Positions 26,918 to 36,184 of a stretch of 64,000 nucleotides of DNA are shown piece after piece. The position numbers and the translations under genes are program-made. This stretch comes from Clostridia bacterium. Its GTDB lineage: Bacteria > Bacillota > Clostridia > UMGS1883 > UMGS1540. Below the pieces are notes generated by a model. The model made no database searches. It was not told where the DNA came from and worked only from the letters and a program-made list of their open reading frames with translations. The stretch's first letter is position 1. Each line of letters opens with the position of its first letter. The stretch spans positions 67,649-131,648 of the forward strand of contig JAFSAU010000008.1 of the NCBI GenBank assembly GCA_017442155.1. The letters are read 5' to 3'.

Positions 26918-27736
26918 TTGCAGCACAAATTGACGGTCGCAGGGTCACTACCGCGAAAAAGCATACCCAGTGTCCGTGGTGTGGAAGTAAAAAATGAGAC
27001 GGACAGCGTGACATTTACAGCCGCTTCGGAGGAGGATATGCAGCGGCTGAAACGTCTTTTAGCCCTCCAGCTTGCAGATATGATAACCAGAGAGTACGAG
27101 GAAAAAAGCCTTTCTTCTTATATTGACGCGGCGCACCCGTATTTTCTGCCCGGGGAACGGCAGCATATCCTGCATTCGGCGCGCCTGGCTGTACAGAAAC
27201 AATCGCCTGCAAAACGGGCGCATTATATTGAAAACCGGCTGTACTCTTTTCTGGAGGAATCAGAAGTGCTGTCGTTGGAGGGATTTCTGAATTTCCGCCT
27301 GAAAGAATATAAAGAACTATTGAAAAACGCTGCCCTGACGGCGGTGGATGTATATTTGGCAGAGAGGGAGTATGATGAGTTTATCACATTGCTTCGGTAT
27401 TTTGTAAACACCCAACCGGCGGGAGAGCCGGTTTTGCATGTGGTGACGGAGGAAAACGGCCGTTTCCGGCTACTGAACCGGGCGGGCGAAGATGTACGGG
27501 CTTTGTGTGAGGAAGCGGCACGGACGGGAGACGCGGCAGGGCTAACGGAAGAGGATATTCTTCTGAGTACGCTGATTACCGTAGCCCCCCGGACAATTAC
27601 CTTTCATCGTGCACAGTGGCTACAGAATGTACAGCTTCTGGAAACAGTGATGAAGGTTTTTCCGGGCAGAGTGCACATATGTGAGAATTGTCCCTTGTGT
27701 GAGAAAAATGTGGAATCTGAAAAAAAACAAAATTGA
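26918..27736 (+). CDS. Hypothetical protein, possibly YtxC-like sporulation protein family
   Basis: 272 aa with a TTG start and a GGGGAG RBS. Its size and charged-helical character are compatible with the YtxC-like family, but this rests on weak recall only. Like tsaD, it ends '...QN*' at the start of a repeat copy. Confidence 0.35.
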   Translation: MQHKLTVAGSLPRKSIPSVRGVEVKNETDSVTFTAASEEDMQRLKRLLALQLADMITREYEEKSLSSYIDAAHPYFLPGERQHILHSARLAVQKQSPAKRAHYIENRLYSFLEESEVLSLEGFLNFRLKEYKELLKNAALTAVDVYLAEREYDEFITLLRYFVNTQPAGEPVLHVVTEENGRFRLLNRAGEDVRALCEEAARTGDAAGLTEEDILLSTLITVAPRTITFHRAQWLQNVQLLETVMKVFPGRVHICENCPLCEKNVESEKKQN

Positions 27737-27830
27737 CTTCGTCAATTCAATGTTCGCTATGCTCACTTTTTATAAGATAATTTTTCTTGTTACAAGCAAT
27801 TACTGACGCAATTTCCTATGCAATAAAAAA
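27728..27830. repeat. ~100-bp direct repeat, copy B
   Basis: 'caaaattgacttcgtcaattcaatgttcgctatgctcactttttataagataatttttcttgttacaagcaattactgacgcaatttcctatgcaataaaaaa'. Confidence 0.8.
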
Positions 27831-27908
27831 GAAATTTCAAAAAAACCTTGCAAGGGAAGTGAAATACTGGTATAATTATCCTATTATTATATAGGAGGAA
27901 GATTTGAA

Positions 27909-28940
27909 ATGAAAAAAATGGCACTGGTTTTAGCGGCACTGATGCTTCTGACAATGCTCGGTGGCTGCTATAAGTCGGATACGACGATGAAATTCGGTAT
28001 GGCAGGCGGTATGGAGGTCACATCCACACTTTTAGCCTCTCCGGATACCTATTCCAGCTTCGGCGTGGAAAGCCCGGATGTGATACTGGAACAGTTTTCT
28101 GAAGAATCACTGAACGCGTACCTGGAAGAAAGCGGCAATAAGGAAACAGGGGAGCGGCTGGAACTGAGCCGTATTGATGCGGACGGCAATGTGGTGGCTC
28201 CCGGGACGGAGCTGTCTGCCGAAGGAATGTCCGGTACACGCCTTCGTATGAAGTTTGATAGCTTTTCGGATGCACAGAATTCCATACTGCTGAATAGCTA
28301 CCTGAGCAATCTGGGGACTATGTCCCTCAATAAGGATGCTTCTGGAAACGGATTGGATATTGAAGAAAAACATACTGTGCTGGGCACGAAATATACCGCT
28401 TCCGGCAAGCTCAGTGTGTATGGCACATATGCTGAAATGATGGGGGAGAATACGGCAGAAATGCAGGGAAAGCTTGCGGACGCTTCCAACAGCGTTACCT
28501 TCAGGTTCCCGCTTTTCTCCATTGCAAAGAGTAGTGGGGCCGATTCCAAGGGATTTTTGGGTCAGTCGATGACATGGACGGCGACGGCCGGCGCACCGGA
28601 CAGAGATATTTACTTTGAAGTAACGGTTATCAATCCCCTGGTGCTTGACATGGCACTGATTATTCTCATTCTTGTTATTATTCTGATTGTGGTCCTTCGC
28701 AAAAAGAAAAAGAATGATGAGCCGGACGCATACTTTATGGATGAAAACGGCAACCTGATTCCGGTGTACGATGAAGCAGACCTGGAAGAGCTGGAAGCTA
28801 TGGACGGCGTAGCAGAGGATGTGGATGCTGTGATAGAAGAGATAGAAGAAGCGGAAGCAGATGAGGTTCCGGAAACGGAAGATGGAATGGAAGTATCTGC
28901 CGAAGAAGAAATTACGTCAAATACAGAAGACGAAGAATAA
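27909..28940 (+). CDS. Putative lipoprotein with additional C-terminal transmembrane helix and highly acidic cytoplasmic tail
   Basis: 343 aa. The lipobox is 'LTMLGGC'. A C-terminal TM segment 'MALIILILVIILIVVL' is followed by 'RKKKKND' and then a ~90-aa Asp/Glu-rich tail ('EELEAMDGVAEDVDAVIEEIEEAEADEVPETEDGMEVSAEEE'). Confidence 0.65.
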   Translation: MKKMALVLAALMLLTMLGGCYKSDTTMKFGMAGGMEVTSTLLASPDTYSSFGVESPDVILEQFSEESLNAYLEESGNKETGERLELSRIDADGNVVAPGTELSAEGMSGTRLRMKFDSFSDAQNSILLNSYLSNLGTMSLNKDASGNGLDIEEKHTVLGTKYTASGKLSVYGTYAEMMGENTAEMQGKLADASNSVTFRFPLFSIAKSSGADSKGFLGQSMTWTATAGAPDRDIYFEVTVINPLVLDMALIILILVIILIVVLRKKKKNDEPDAYFMDENGNLIPVYDEADLEELEAMDGVAEDVDAVIEEIEEAEADEVPETEDGMEVSAEEEITSNTEDEE

Positions 28941-29176
28941 GTTCAGATGGCAGAAGCGTTTTCCGCTTCTGCCATTTTTGGGATGCAGACTGTTTTTGTA
29001 CATTCAGAATTTACATACGCATACAGCATATTGTGATGGGACGGACAGGCCGGAGGAACTTGTTATTGCCGCAATATCAAAAAGCTTTGATTCGATAGGG
29101 TTTTCGGGGCGTTTCTTTATGGGGTACTCTCCGGTATTTGTCAGATAGGGAGATAAAACACGAAAGAGGATATCTT

Positions 29177-29908
29177 ATGAGTGAAAAAGAAAATATGGCT
29201 ACAGACTACAGTAAAATCGGATTTTTCATGTCCGAAAATGAAGAGCGGTATGCACGGTATGCGGTTGCTAATTCTGAGATGGATGCAGAGGAAATTGTAT
29301 GGCGGGTAAACAACAATCTCGATAAAGAAAAATACCAGTTTGATATTCAGATTTCCGACGGCGATGACCTCTATGTTATCGTGAATAAATTTTTTAAACT
29401 TCCTGCAGAGTATAGTCCGTCTGACCTTGTTGAGGTGGATGAAAGACGTATGCGAAAAGCCGTTGCAAAGGCGTATGTGAAAATGCGGGACGCGGCACAA
29501 AAAGAGGGGTTTTCCATAAGAGTGACTTCAGCCTATCGTTCGATAGAAGAACAAGAGAGGCTGTATAATAAATTTCTTTTAAATGATCCGATGGAGGTCG
29601 TGGATGAAACATGTGCCAGGCCTTGCTATAGCGAGCATCATACTGGTCTGGCTATAGATGTCGAGGGCTCAATTCCGGGAGGACGAAATATCAGTAAAAC
29701 ACCGGAGGCAGCCTGGGTAAAAGAAAATTGCTATAGGTTTGGGTTTATTCTTCGGTATCTGCCGGAAATCGTGGACATAACAGGCTATGCATCGGAACCC
29801 TGGCATTTACGTTATATTGGAGTGCAGGCGAGTACCGATATGAAAGAAAAAAATATAAAGTCCTTTGAAGAGTACAAAGAAAGGTTTTTAAATACAAAAC
29901 ATGCATAG
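29177..29908 (+). CDS. D-alanyl-D-alanine carboxypeptidase, VanY/peptidase M15B family
   Basis: RBS AAAGAGGA sits 7 nt before the ATG at 29177; the track's 29138 start lacks an RBS. The M15B zinc-site motifs 'SAYRSIEEQERLY', 'CYSEHHTGLAIDV' and 'EPWHLRYIG' are present. Confidence 0.8.
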   Translation: MSEKENMATDYSKIGFFMSENEERYARYAVANSEMDAEEIVWRVNNNLDKEKYQFDIQISDGDDLYVIVNKFFKLPAEYSPSDLVEVDERRMRKAVAKAYVKMRDAAQKEGFSIRVTSAYRSIEEQERLYNKFLLNDPMEVVDETCARPCYSEHHTGLAIDVEGSIPGGRNISKTPEAAWVKENCYRFGFILRYLPEIVDITGYASEPWHLRYIGVQASTDMKEKNIKSFEEYKERFLNTKHA

Positions 29909-30032
29909 GAGTTTTGGGCCAGATTTGATATGAGCATAGTAAAGAATGTCGAAGTATGATAATTTGACGATGCTTGGCACGAGAGAGCATTATGTCCCTT
30001 ATACATAGGGTTAAAAAAGAAGGTAAGTTGTT

Positions 30033-30962
30033 ATGGTTCAATATGATGTTTTTGAAAAAGCTGGAATTTTGTTGGAAGATATACCGTATGTTATGGAATT
30101 TGACAGGACATATGGTAAAATGATTGAAGAGATTGCAAATGATTATAAAACGGAGCTTTTCCAATTTCCGTTCAAACCGATGGACAATAATACTTTTATG
30201 AAAGAACACAGAAAGTCCACAGAATTTGTAAAGATTGTTTCAGAACTTTCTCCAGAGCATAGCTATACGTTACAACTTATTTTTTGGTTATATCTTGTCC
30301 CATATATGGAAGAAAATTATAAAAAATATAATATTGATAAGGGAATTTTCAGAGATACCGCAGCAAATATTTCATATAAAGTAAATGAATGTAAAAATGT
30401 CTACGGCGTTGTGGGTGTTTTTACTTCGTGGTTTTTCTTGGAGCAAGAGCTTAATTTATTTGCACTTGGTAGGCTACAGTATAATTTCAGAACATATGAA
30501 TGTAATGATTATCAATGGGGCGATTATACACTAAGGAAAGGTGATTCGGTATATTCATGTCATATTCCGTCATCGGGGCCGCTAAAAGAAGAAGATTGTA
30601 TTTTATCATTTAAGAAAGCATATGAATTTTTTGACGGCGCAAAGCTAAAATGCGGGATACTGCCAATCCTTTGTCAGTCGTGGTTGTTGTATCCTCCGTA
30701 CATAGAAAAGGTATACGACAAGAATTCAAATCTGAAAAAATTTGCAAAGATGTTTGATGTTGTGAGACAGATAGATGCAGGCAGAAAATTTGATGATTGC
30801 TGGAGAGTATTCAATACATCATATAAGGGTTCATCGAAAGGACTGCCTGATGATACTCGTTTACGTCAAAATATGATAAGTTATATCGATAATTATGGTG
30901 TTTTTGGTATAGGAGAGGGTATTATCCTGTTCGATGGCGAAAAAATAGTAAATAGAGAATGA
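30033..30962 (+). CDS. Hypothetical protein (309 aa), possibly an acyltransferase-like (GNAT-related) family
   Basis: RBS AAGGT. Low-GC gene. The family guess rests on weak recall of motifs such as 'CQSWLLYPP'. Confidence 0.45.
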   Translation: MVQYDVFEKAGILLEDIPYVMEFDRTYGKMIEEIANDYKTELFQFPFKPMDNNTFMKEHRKSTEFVKIVSELSPEHSYTLQLIFWLYLVPYMEENYKKYNIDKGIFRDTAANISYKVNECKNVYGVVGVFTSWFFLEQELNLFALGRLQYNFRTYECNDYQWGDYTLRKGDSVYSCHIPSSGPLKEEDCILSFKKAYEFFDGAKLKCGILPILCQSWLLYPPYIEKVYDKNSNLKKFAKMFDVVRQIDAGRKFDDCWRVFNTSYKGSSKGLPDDTRLRQNMISYIDNYGVFGIGEGIILFDGEKIVNRE

Positions 30963-31127
30963 TTTTAAGGCTTTGGACAGGCACAGCTTATATCACATCG
31001 CGAATCGAACAAGTGTGAGCGAGTATATCGTCAAATTTTTTGTCCCAGTCTTGACACGAACCTGGCGACGGTTAAGGAATATATCGGTAAAGGATGAAAT
31101 TTTCATAATGTAAAAGGGGATAGAGTA

Positions 31128-31820
31128 ATGAAAATTAAAATTTTACACATGGTAGATGGAGCGAAAAAAGCAACGGGAACAACGGTGGTAATAGACGTTT
31201 TTAGAGCTTTTTCAGTAGAGGCATATTGCCTTTTTATGGGTGCTGAAAAAATTATTCCCGTAGGCGATGTAAAGCTTGCGTATGAGTTTAAAGAAAAAAA
31301 TCCTGATTATATCTTAGCAGGAGAGAGACATGGTAAAATCCTTCCGGGTTTTGATTGTGGTAATTCGCCTTCTGAGATTGTAAAGCTTGATTTGAAGGGC
31401 AAAACGGTAATTCATACAACAAGTGCGGGCACGCAAGGGATAGTTAACGCTGACGGTGCAGATGAAATAATCGGCGGAAGTCTTTTGTGTGCAAAGGCAA
31501 TAGCAAATTATATTAAAAAAACTGACAAAAAGGATATTTCTTTAGTATGTATGGGACTTGAAGCCGTTTCGCAAACTGAAGAGGATAATCTGTGCGCCAA
31601 TTATATAAAGAGTTTGCTTTTGGAATGTGAGACAGATTTACAATCGGAAATAGAAAATCTTAAAACAACAAGTGGGGCAAAGTTTTTTGATAAAGCTCAA
31701 AATGAAGTTTTTCCAGAGGCAGATTTTCATATGTGTGTGGAGTATGACAAATTTGATTTCATAGTCAAACTCGAAAAAGGTGAAGACGGAATCAGTTATA
31801 TGAGAAAGTATAATGTATAA
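31128..31820 (+). CDS. 2-phosphosulfolactate phosphatase (ComB) family protein
   Basis: 'TTVVIDVFRAFSVEAY' and 'FDCGNSPSEI' are ComB-family hallmarks. 230 aa with RBS AAAGGGGA. Confidence 0.65.
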   Translation: MKIKILHMVDGAKKATGTTVVIDVFRAFSVEAYCLFMGAEKIIPVGDVKLAYEFKEKNPDYILAGERHGKILPGFDCGNSPSEIVKLDLKGKTVIHTTSAGTQGIVNADGADEIIGGSLLCAKAIANYIKKTDKKDISLVCMGLEAVSQTEEDNLCANYIKSLLLECETDLQSEIENLKTTSGAKFFDKAQNEVFPEADFHMCVEYDKFDFIVKLEKGEDGISYMRKYNV

Positions 31821-32021
31821 GATAATAACACAAGGGACGGTTATGATGTGTTTGTGTCAAGTCCATACAATTTTAAACATTAGTTTGCCGATTTTGATAT
31901 TTACATACACTATCGGGAGCGAGAAAATTCAGTATTCTCGCGGGTTCTAAGGAAAAGTGATTAAGGAAAAACAGTTGAAAAAACAGGCTGAAAATAGTAG
32001 GTCCTATTATTCACTGTTCTC

Positions 32022-32040
32022 CTGACTTGACAATATCATA
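32022..32040 (+). promoter_or_regulatory. Island promoter box 1 ('ctgacTTGACAATATCATA') upstream of 32086
   Basis: A variant of the box TTGACAAAA(T/C)CATA that recurs upstream of 33471, 34772 and 36185. Confidence 0.45.
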
Positions 32041-32085
32041 TTTGCTGAAATGTAAAAACTGATTTAATACAAAGGAGTAATTATT

Positions 32086-33414
32086 ATGTTTGAATTTGGA
32101 TTTTATGAAAAAGAAATCACACCACCATTAGGAAGCGGAATACCGGGGTATTTTAATATTCGCAGAAGTTGCGATGTTCTTGACAGACTTTACGCAAGAG
32201 CAGTTGTAGTAAAATCAGGGGAAGAAAAGCTGGCTATTCTTTCGATAGACGGACTTCACCCTAAAACAGATATATGTGCCGGTATAGCAAAAAGAATAAC
32301 AGAGTATACAGGAATAGGACGCAAAAATATCATGATTGCCTTTACTCATTCGCACACTGCAATACCATTTAGATTTGAAGGGATTGCATTTGAAGATGAT
32401 GAGATTGCAGCAGACTCAATAAAGGGGTATATAGATGTATTTACAAGATTAGTTGCAGATTGTGTAACATTGGCGAATTTAAGACTGAAAAAAGCGTCTG
32501 CACACTTTGGTAAAGGTGAGGTACACGGTATTTCTTTCTGTCGTGATTATTTTATGAAAAATGGTACACCACAGACAAATCCGCCAAGAACCAGCCCTGA
32601 AATAGTTAAATCGGTTACAGAGTCTGACAAAGAACTGCCTATTCTTATGATAAAAGATGAAATGAATAACCCCATGGGTGCAATTGTTGGTTTTGCTTGT
32701 CATGCAGATTGTGTTAGCGGAGAAAAACTTACAGGAGACTATGTTTCGGTATTATCAAAGGAATTAAAAAAATTCTACGGGGAAGATTTTGTAACCATAT
32801 TCCTTCTGGGTTGCAGTGGAGATGTAAATCATTTCGATGTTTCCAAAGAGTCAGATTTAGATGATCATTATATTATAATGGGTAAAAAATTAGCTGCCGA
32901 AGCTATAAAAACTGCAGAATATGCAAAAGAATTAGAAAAAACACAAATAAGCTCACAGCTTGAATACATAACTATTGCCCGCATTGAAGTGGAAAAAGAA
33001 AAAATAGAAGACGCAAGGAATACAATAGCAACAATAAAAGAGAAAAAAGGTGTTAAAATTTCTGCAGATAATACCGATCCTGAGCAGTATAAATTAGCAA
33101 TGGCAAAAAGACTTGTTAACTTTTTAGATTCAACACCCGAAAGCTTTGATGTTCCTGTGCAATGTATTCAAATAGGTGAATTTACCATTTATGGATTTAA
33201 CTCGGAAATATTTACTGAATTTGGGAAAATAGTTAAAGAGGGAGATGGAACAGGAATAAATCTTGTTGCAACGCTTTGTAATGAGGCTTTTGGCTATGTT
33301 CCAACACGCGATATGTTTTATGATACAATATATGAATCCAGACCTGGCTCCAGCCGCCTTGACAAGGAAGCGGGCTATATTATGGCCGAAAAGCTTATTT
33401 CTATGAAACAATAA
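32086..33414 (+). CDS. Neutral/alkaline ceramidase-like hydrolase (N-terminal ceramidase domain family)
   Basis: The N-terminus 'FGFYEKEITPPLGSGIPGYFNIRRSCDVLDRLYARAVVV...LAILSIDG' matches the ceramidase N-domain pattern (G..K.DITPP.G.P..GY......G..D.L.ARA.V....). 442 aa with RBS AAAGGAG. Confidence 0.45.
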   Translation: MFEFGFYEKEITPPLGSGIPGYFNIRRSCDVLDRLYARAVVVKSGEEKLAILSIDGLHPKTDICAGIAKRITEYTGIGRKNIMIAFTHSHTAIPFRFEGIAFEDDEIAADSIKGYIDVFTRLVADCVTLANLRLKKASAHFGKGEVHGISFCRDYFMKNGTPQTNPPRTSPEIVKSVTESDKELPILMIKDEMNNPMGAIVGFACHADCVSGEKLTGDYVSVLSKELKKFYGEDFVTIFLLGCSGDVNHFDVSKESDLDDHYIIMGKKLAAEAIKTAEYAKELEKTQISSQLEYITIARIEVEKEKIEDARNTIATIKEKKGVKISADNTDPEQYKLAMAKRLVNFLDSTPESFDVPVQCIQIGEFTIYGFNSEIFTEFGKIVKEGDGTGINLVATLCNEAFGYVPTRDMFYDTIYESRPGSSRLDKEAGYIMAEKLISMKQ

Positions 33415-33428
33415 TTTTTCTCCCCGGC

Positions 33429-33459
33429 TTGACAAAATCATAAAGTTTGATATACAAGG
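33429..33459 (+). promoter_or_regulatory. Island promoter module: box 1 TTGACAAAATCATA plus box 2 GTTTGATATACAAGG
   Basis: 'TTGACAaaatcataaagtttgaTATACAaggagg' gives a -35, a 16-nt spacer and a TATACA -10, with the RBS immediately after. Confidence 0.5.
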
Positions 33460-33470
33460 AGGTAAATCAA

Positions 33471-34622
33471 ATGATTGATTATGAAAAAGTTTTTAAAAGA
33501 ATAGATGCACTGGAAAAACAGTACATTACATTATTGGAGGAATTTTGCCTTATCGAAAGTCCTACTGATTATAAAGAGGGCGTAGATGCCGCAGGCAACT
33601 ATATTATAGAAAAGGCAAAGGCTTTTGGTTGGAAGATTGAAAAACAAGATCAGACAATATCAGGGGACTGCATTTGTATTACTATGAATCCAGAGGCTAC
33701 AGAAACTCCGGTATGCCTTTCGGGACATATTGATACTGTTCATCCTGTAGGGCTTTTTGGAACGCCTGCTGTTAAAATAGATGGAGACAAAATTTATGGT
33801 CCCGGAGTTTCTGACTGTAAGGGAGGAATTGTGGCAGCTTTTTTGGCGATGGCAGCCCTTGATGAAGAAGGCTTTCGCACACGCCCTATAAAGTTAATAT
33901 TGCAGTCCGATGAAGAAACAAGCAGTAGCGAAAGCAACAAAACCACTGTTCAATATATGTGTGAATGTGCCCGTAATGCTGTTGCGTTTTTGAATTGCGA
34001 ACCTTGTATTGCCGGCACGGCTGTGTTACAAAGAAAGGGAATAGCAAAATATGTCTTTACTATCACAGGAAAAGCCGCGCATGCTGCCAACTGCTTTAAT
34101 GGCATAAGTGCAATAACTGAAGCAGCTCATAAAATTCTTGAATTGGAAAAATACAAAGATAAAAACGGAATTACAGCAAATTGCGGTATAGTTTCGGGTG
34201 GAACAAAAGAAAACACAGTTCCCGAAAAATGTGTCCTCAAGGTAGATTTTAGATTTTCAAACAGCGAAGAACTTTCAGAGGTAAAAAATATCGCCCAAAG
34301 AGTAGCAGACACTTCTTATGTCGAAGGAACCACCTGTGAATTAGTTTTGAAAAGTCTGCGAGATGCTATGGAACTTAATGATATAAACATCAGATTGCTT
34401 GAAAAAGCAAACGAGGTTTTTGAAGCAACAAATTTGCCAAAACTTTCACCTCGCGCAACGGGAGGCGGTTCGGATGCAGCATATACAACACAGTGCGGTA
34501 TTCCTACATTGGATTCATTTGGAGTTGAGTGTGGAAACATTCACTCGAAAAACGAATATGCACTAATACCATCGTTAAAAGAATCTGCAAAGAGAATAGC
34601 GGCAATCTGCTGTTATATATAA
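33471..34622 (+). CDS. M20 family metallopeptidase / amidohydrolase (ArgE/DapE/CPG2-like)
   Basis: The ATG at 33471 is preceded by AGGAGGT; the track's earlier start contains the RBS itself. Metal-ligand motifs are 'LSGHIDTVHP' and 'GVSDCKGG'. Confidence 0.75.
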   Translation: MIDYEKVFKRIDALEKQYITLLEEFCLIESPTDYKEGVDAAGNYIIEKAKAFGWKIEKQDQTISGDCICITMNPEATETPVCLSGHIDTVHPVGLFGTPAVKIDGDKIYGPGVSDCKGGIVAAFLAMAALDEEGFRTRPIKLILQSDEETSSSESNKTTVQYMCECARNAVAFLNCEPCIAGTAVLQRKGIAKYVFTITGKAAHAANCFNGISAITEAAHKILELEKYKDKNGITANCGIVSGGTKENTVPEKCVLKVDFRFSNSEELSEVKNIAQRVADTSYVEGTTCELVLKSLRDAMELNDINIRLLEKANEVFEATNLPKLSPRATGGGSDAAYTTQCGIPTLDSFGVECGNIHSKNEYALIPSLKESAKRIAAICCYI

Positions 34623-34665
34623 AATTAGCAAGGCAAGTGTGATGTGATTCAATTTTTTGCCTAAC

Positions 34666-34703
34666 TTGACAAAACCATATGAATAAGCTTTGATATACAA
34701 GGG
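34666..34703 (+). promoter_or_regulatory. Island promoter module (box 1 TTGACAAAACCATA plus box 2 GCTTTGATATACAAGGG) upstream of 34772
   Basis: The near-identical two-box element is duplicated from the 33471 upstream region. Confidence 0.45.
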
Positions 34704-34771
34704 ATAAATTTTTATATTGACTTTACATGAGTCGGATTGCGTATAAATTTATCAAAATGGAGGACTTTAAA

Positions 34772-36052
34772 ATGGATAGTATCACAATCACCAAAAAGTT
34801 AAATGTAAAGAAGCAATACGATATTATTGTATGTGGAGGCGGTGTGGCGGGGGTCGCCGCTGCAGTCACCGCAGCAAATGGTGGACACTCGGTGCTCATT
34901 ATAGAAAAGTCAAATATTCTTGGTGGACTTGCAACCTTGGGTTTAATCAATCTTTTTGTTCCAATGTGTAATGGGCGCGGTAAGCAAATTATTTTTGGTT
35001 TATGTGAAAAATGGGCAAGATTAAGTGCGGAATATGGTTATGATACAATACCAAAGGAATGGAGAAACGGAGAACCGAAAGAACCTACAGACATAAGATA
35101 TATTCAACGGTTTTCTCCCCATATTTTTGCACTTCAGCTTACAGAAGAAATAACCAAGTCAGGGGCGGATATTCTTTTTGATTGCATGGCTTGTGAACCT
35201 GTTATGGATGGAAATGTATGCAAAGGTGTTGTTACTGAAAGTAAGTCAGGCACAGAGTATTATGCATGCAAAATGATGATAGATGTAACGGGCGATTGTG
35301 ATGTTTTGCGTCGTGGTGGAGTCCCTGTTGTTGCAGGTGAAAACTTTTTTACATATAGTGCAAAAATGATTACGCTTGCATCCTGTGAAAAAGCTGTCAA
35401 AGAACAAAATATTTACCATGCCTTTACCGGCATTTCCGGTGGGAATATAAATCTGTTCGGAGATAATCAGCCGGATGACATACCGAAATGGTCTGGTCTT
35501 ACAGTTGAAGAGGTTACAGATTATTTGATAAGAAATCAACATTTGGTTCTTGAAAAGTTAAAAGATACAGACAGATTTAGCCGTGAAATTACACATCTTC
35601 CGTTTATGCCTCAGTTCAGGACAACTTGCAGACTTGATGCTGACTATGCCTTAAGGGTTGAAGATGCATACAGGCATTTTGACGATTCAATATGTGCAAT
35701 AAATGATTTTGAACACAGAAACCACTTGTTTGAGGTGCCATTAAGATGCATAACCCGAAAAGAATATCCAAATATGTTAACAGCAGGCAGAAGTGCTGCC
35801 GGTATAGGGTATGGATGGGATATCCTTCGTGTTATTCCGCCTGCGATTATTACGGGTCAGGCTGCTGCAAAGGTGGCATGTATGGCAATTGAAGATAAGA
35901 CAGATGTTGCTAAAGTAAATATTTCCATATTGCAATCAAGGCTTGAAAAAGATAATATTATGGTTCATTTTCCTGATGAATATGTTCCTGAGGATAAAAC
36001 TGTTATTATTCATGGTAAAAATACTGCGGAAATTGATGGCGGGCATCTATAA
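34772..36052 (+). CDS. FAD-dependent oxidoreductase (PF12831-like)
   Basis: The ATG at 34772 is preceded by GGAGGA. The dinucleotide-binding motif is 'YDIIVCGGGVAGVAAAVTAANGGHSVLIIEKSNILGGLAT'. Confidence 0.7.
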   Translation: MDSITITKKLNVKKQYDIIVCGGGVAGVAAAVTAANGGHSVLIIEKSNILGGLATLGLINLFVPMCNGRGKQIIFGLCEKWARLSAEYGYDTIPKEWRNGEPKEPTDIRYIQRFSPHIFALQLTEEITKSGADILFDCMACEPVMDGNVCKGVVTESKSGTEYYACKMMIDVTGDCDVLRRGGVPVVAGENFFTYSAKMITLASCEKAVKEQNIYHAFTGISGGNINLFGDNQPDDIPKWSGLTVEEVTDYLIRNQHLVLEKLKDTDRFSREITHLPFMPQFRTTCRLDADYALRVEDAYRHFDDSICAINDFEHRNHLFEVPLRCITRKEYPNMLTAGRSAAGIGYGWDILRVIPPAIITGQAAAKVACMAIEDKTDVAKVNISILQSRLEKDNIMVHFPDEYVPEDKTVIIHGKNTAEIDGGHL

Positions 36053-36129
36053 TATATCAGGAAGACAAATGCCGAAATAAAAGGCTTCCCCTCAAGGAGA
36101 AACCTCTGAGAAAACAAAATTTTTTGTCC

Positions 36130-36147
36130 CTGACTAACAAAATCATA
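36130..36147 (+). promoter_or_regulatory. Degenerate island box 1 ('ctgacTAACAAAATCATAg') upstream of 36185
   Basis: It shares the CTGAC prefix and AAAATCATA core with the 32022 and 33429 boxes. Confidence 0.35.
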
Positions 36148-36184
36148 GCGTAAATTATACCTAAAATAACGGAGGGAAACAAGT

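Noticed and set aside
29955-29985. sigma-54-like 'TGGCACGagagAGCAT' upstream of the 30033 gene
   Set aside because: The -12 element does not match TTGC(A/T). No EBP/sigma-54 activator gene is nearby, so it is probably fortuitous.
31821-32021. Hairpin GCGAGAA...TTCTCGC in the long 31821-32085 intergenic region, considered as a terminator or riboswitch
   Set aside because: The stem is short, there is no U-tract, and no recognisable riboswitch consensus. The region more likely just houses the box-1 promoter.
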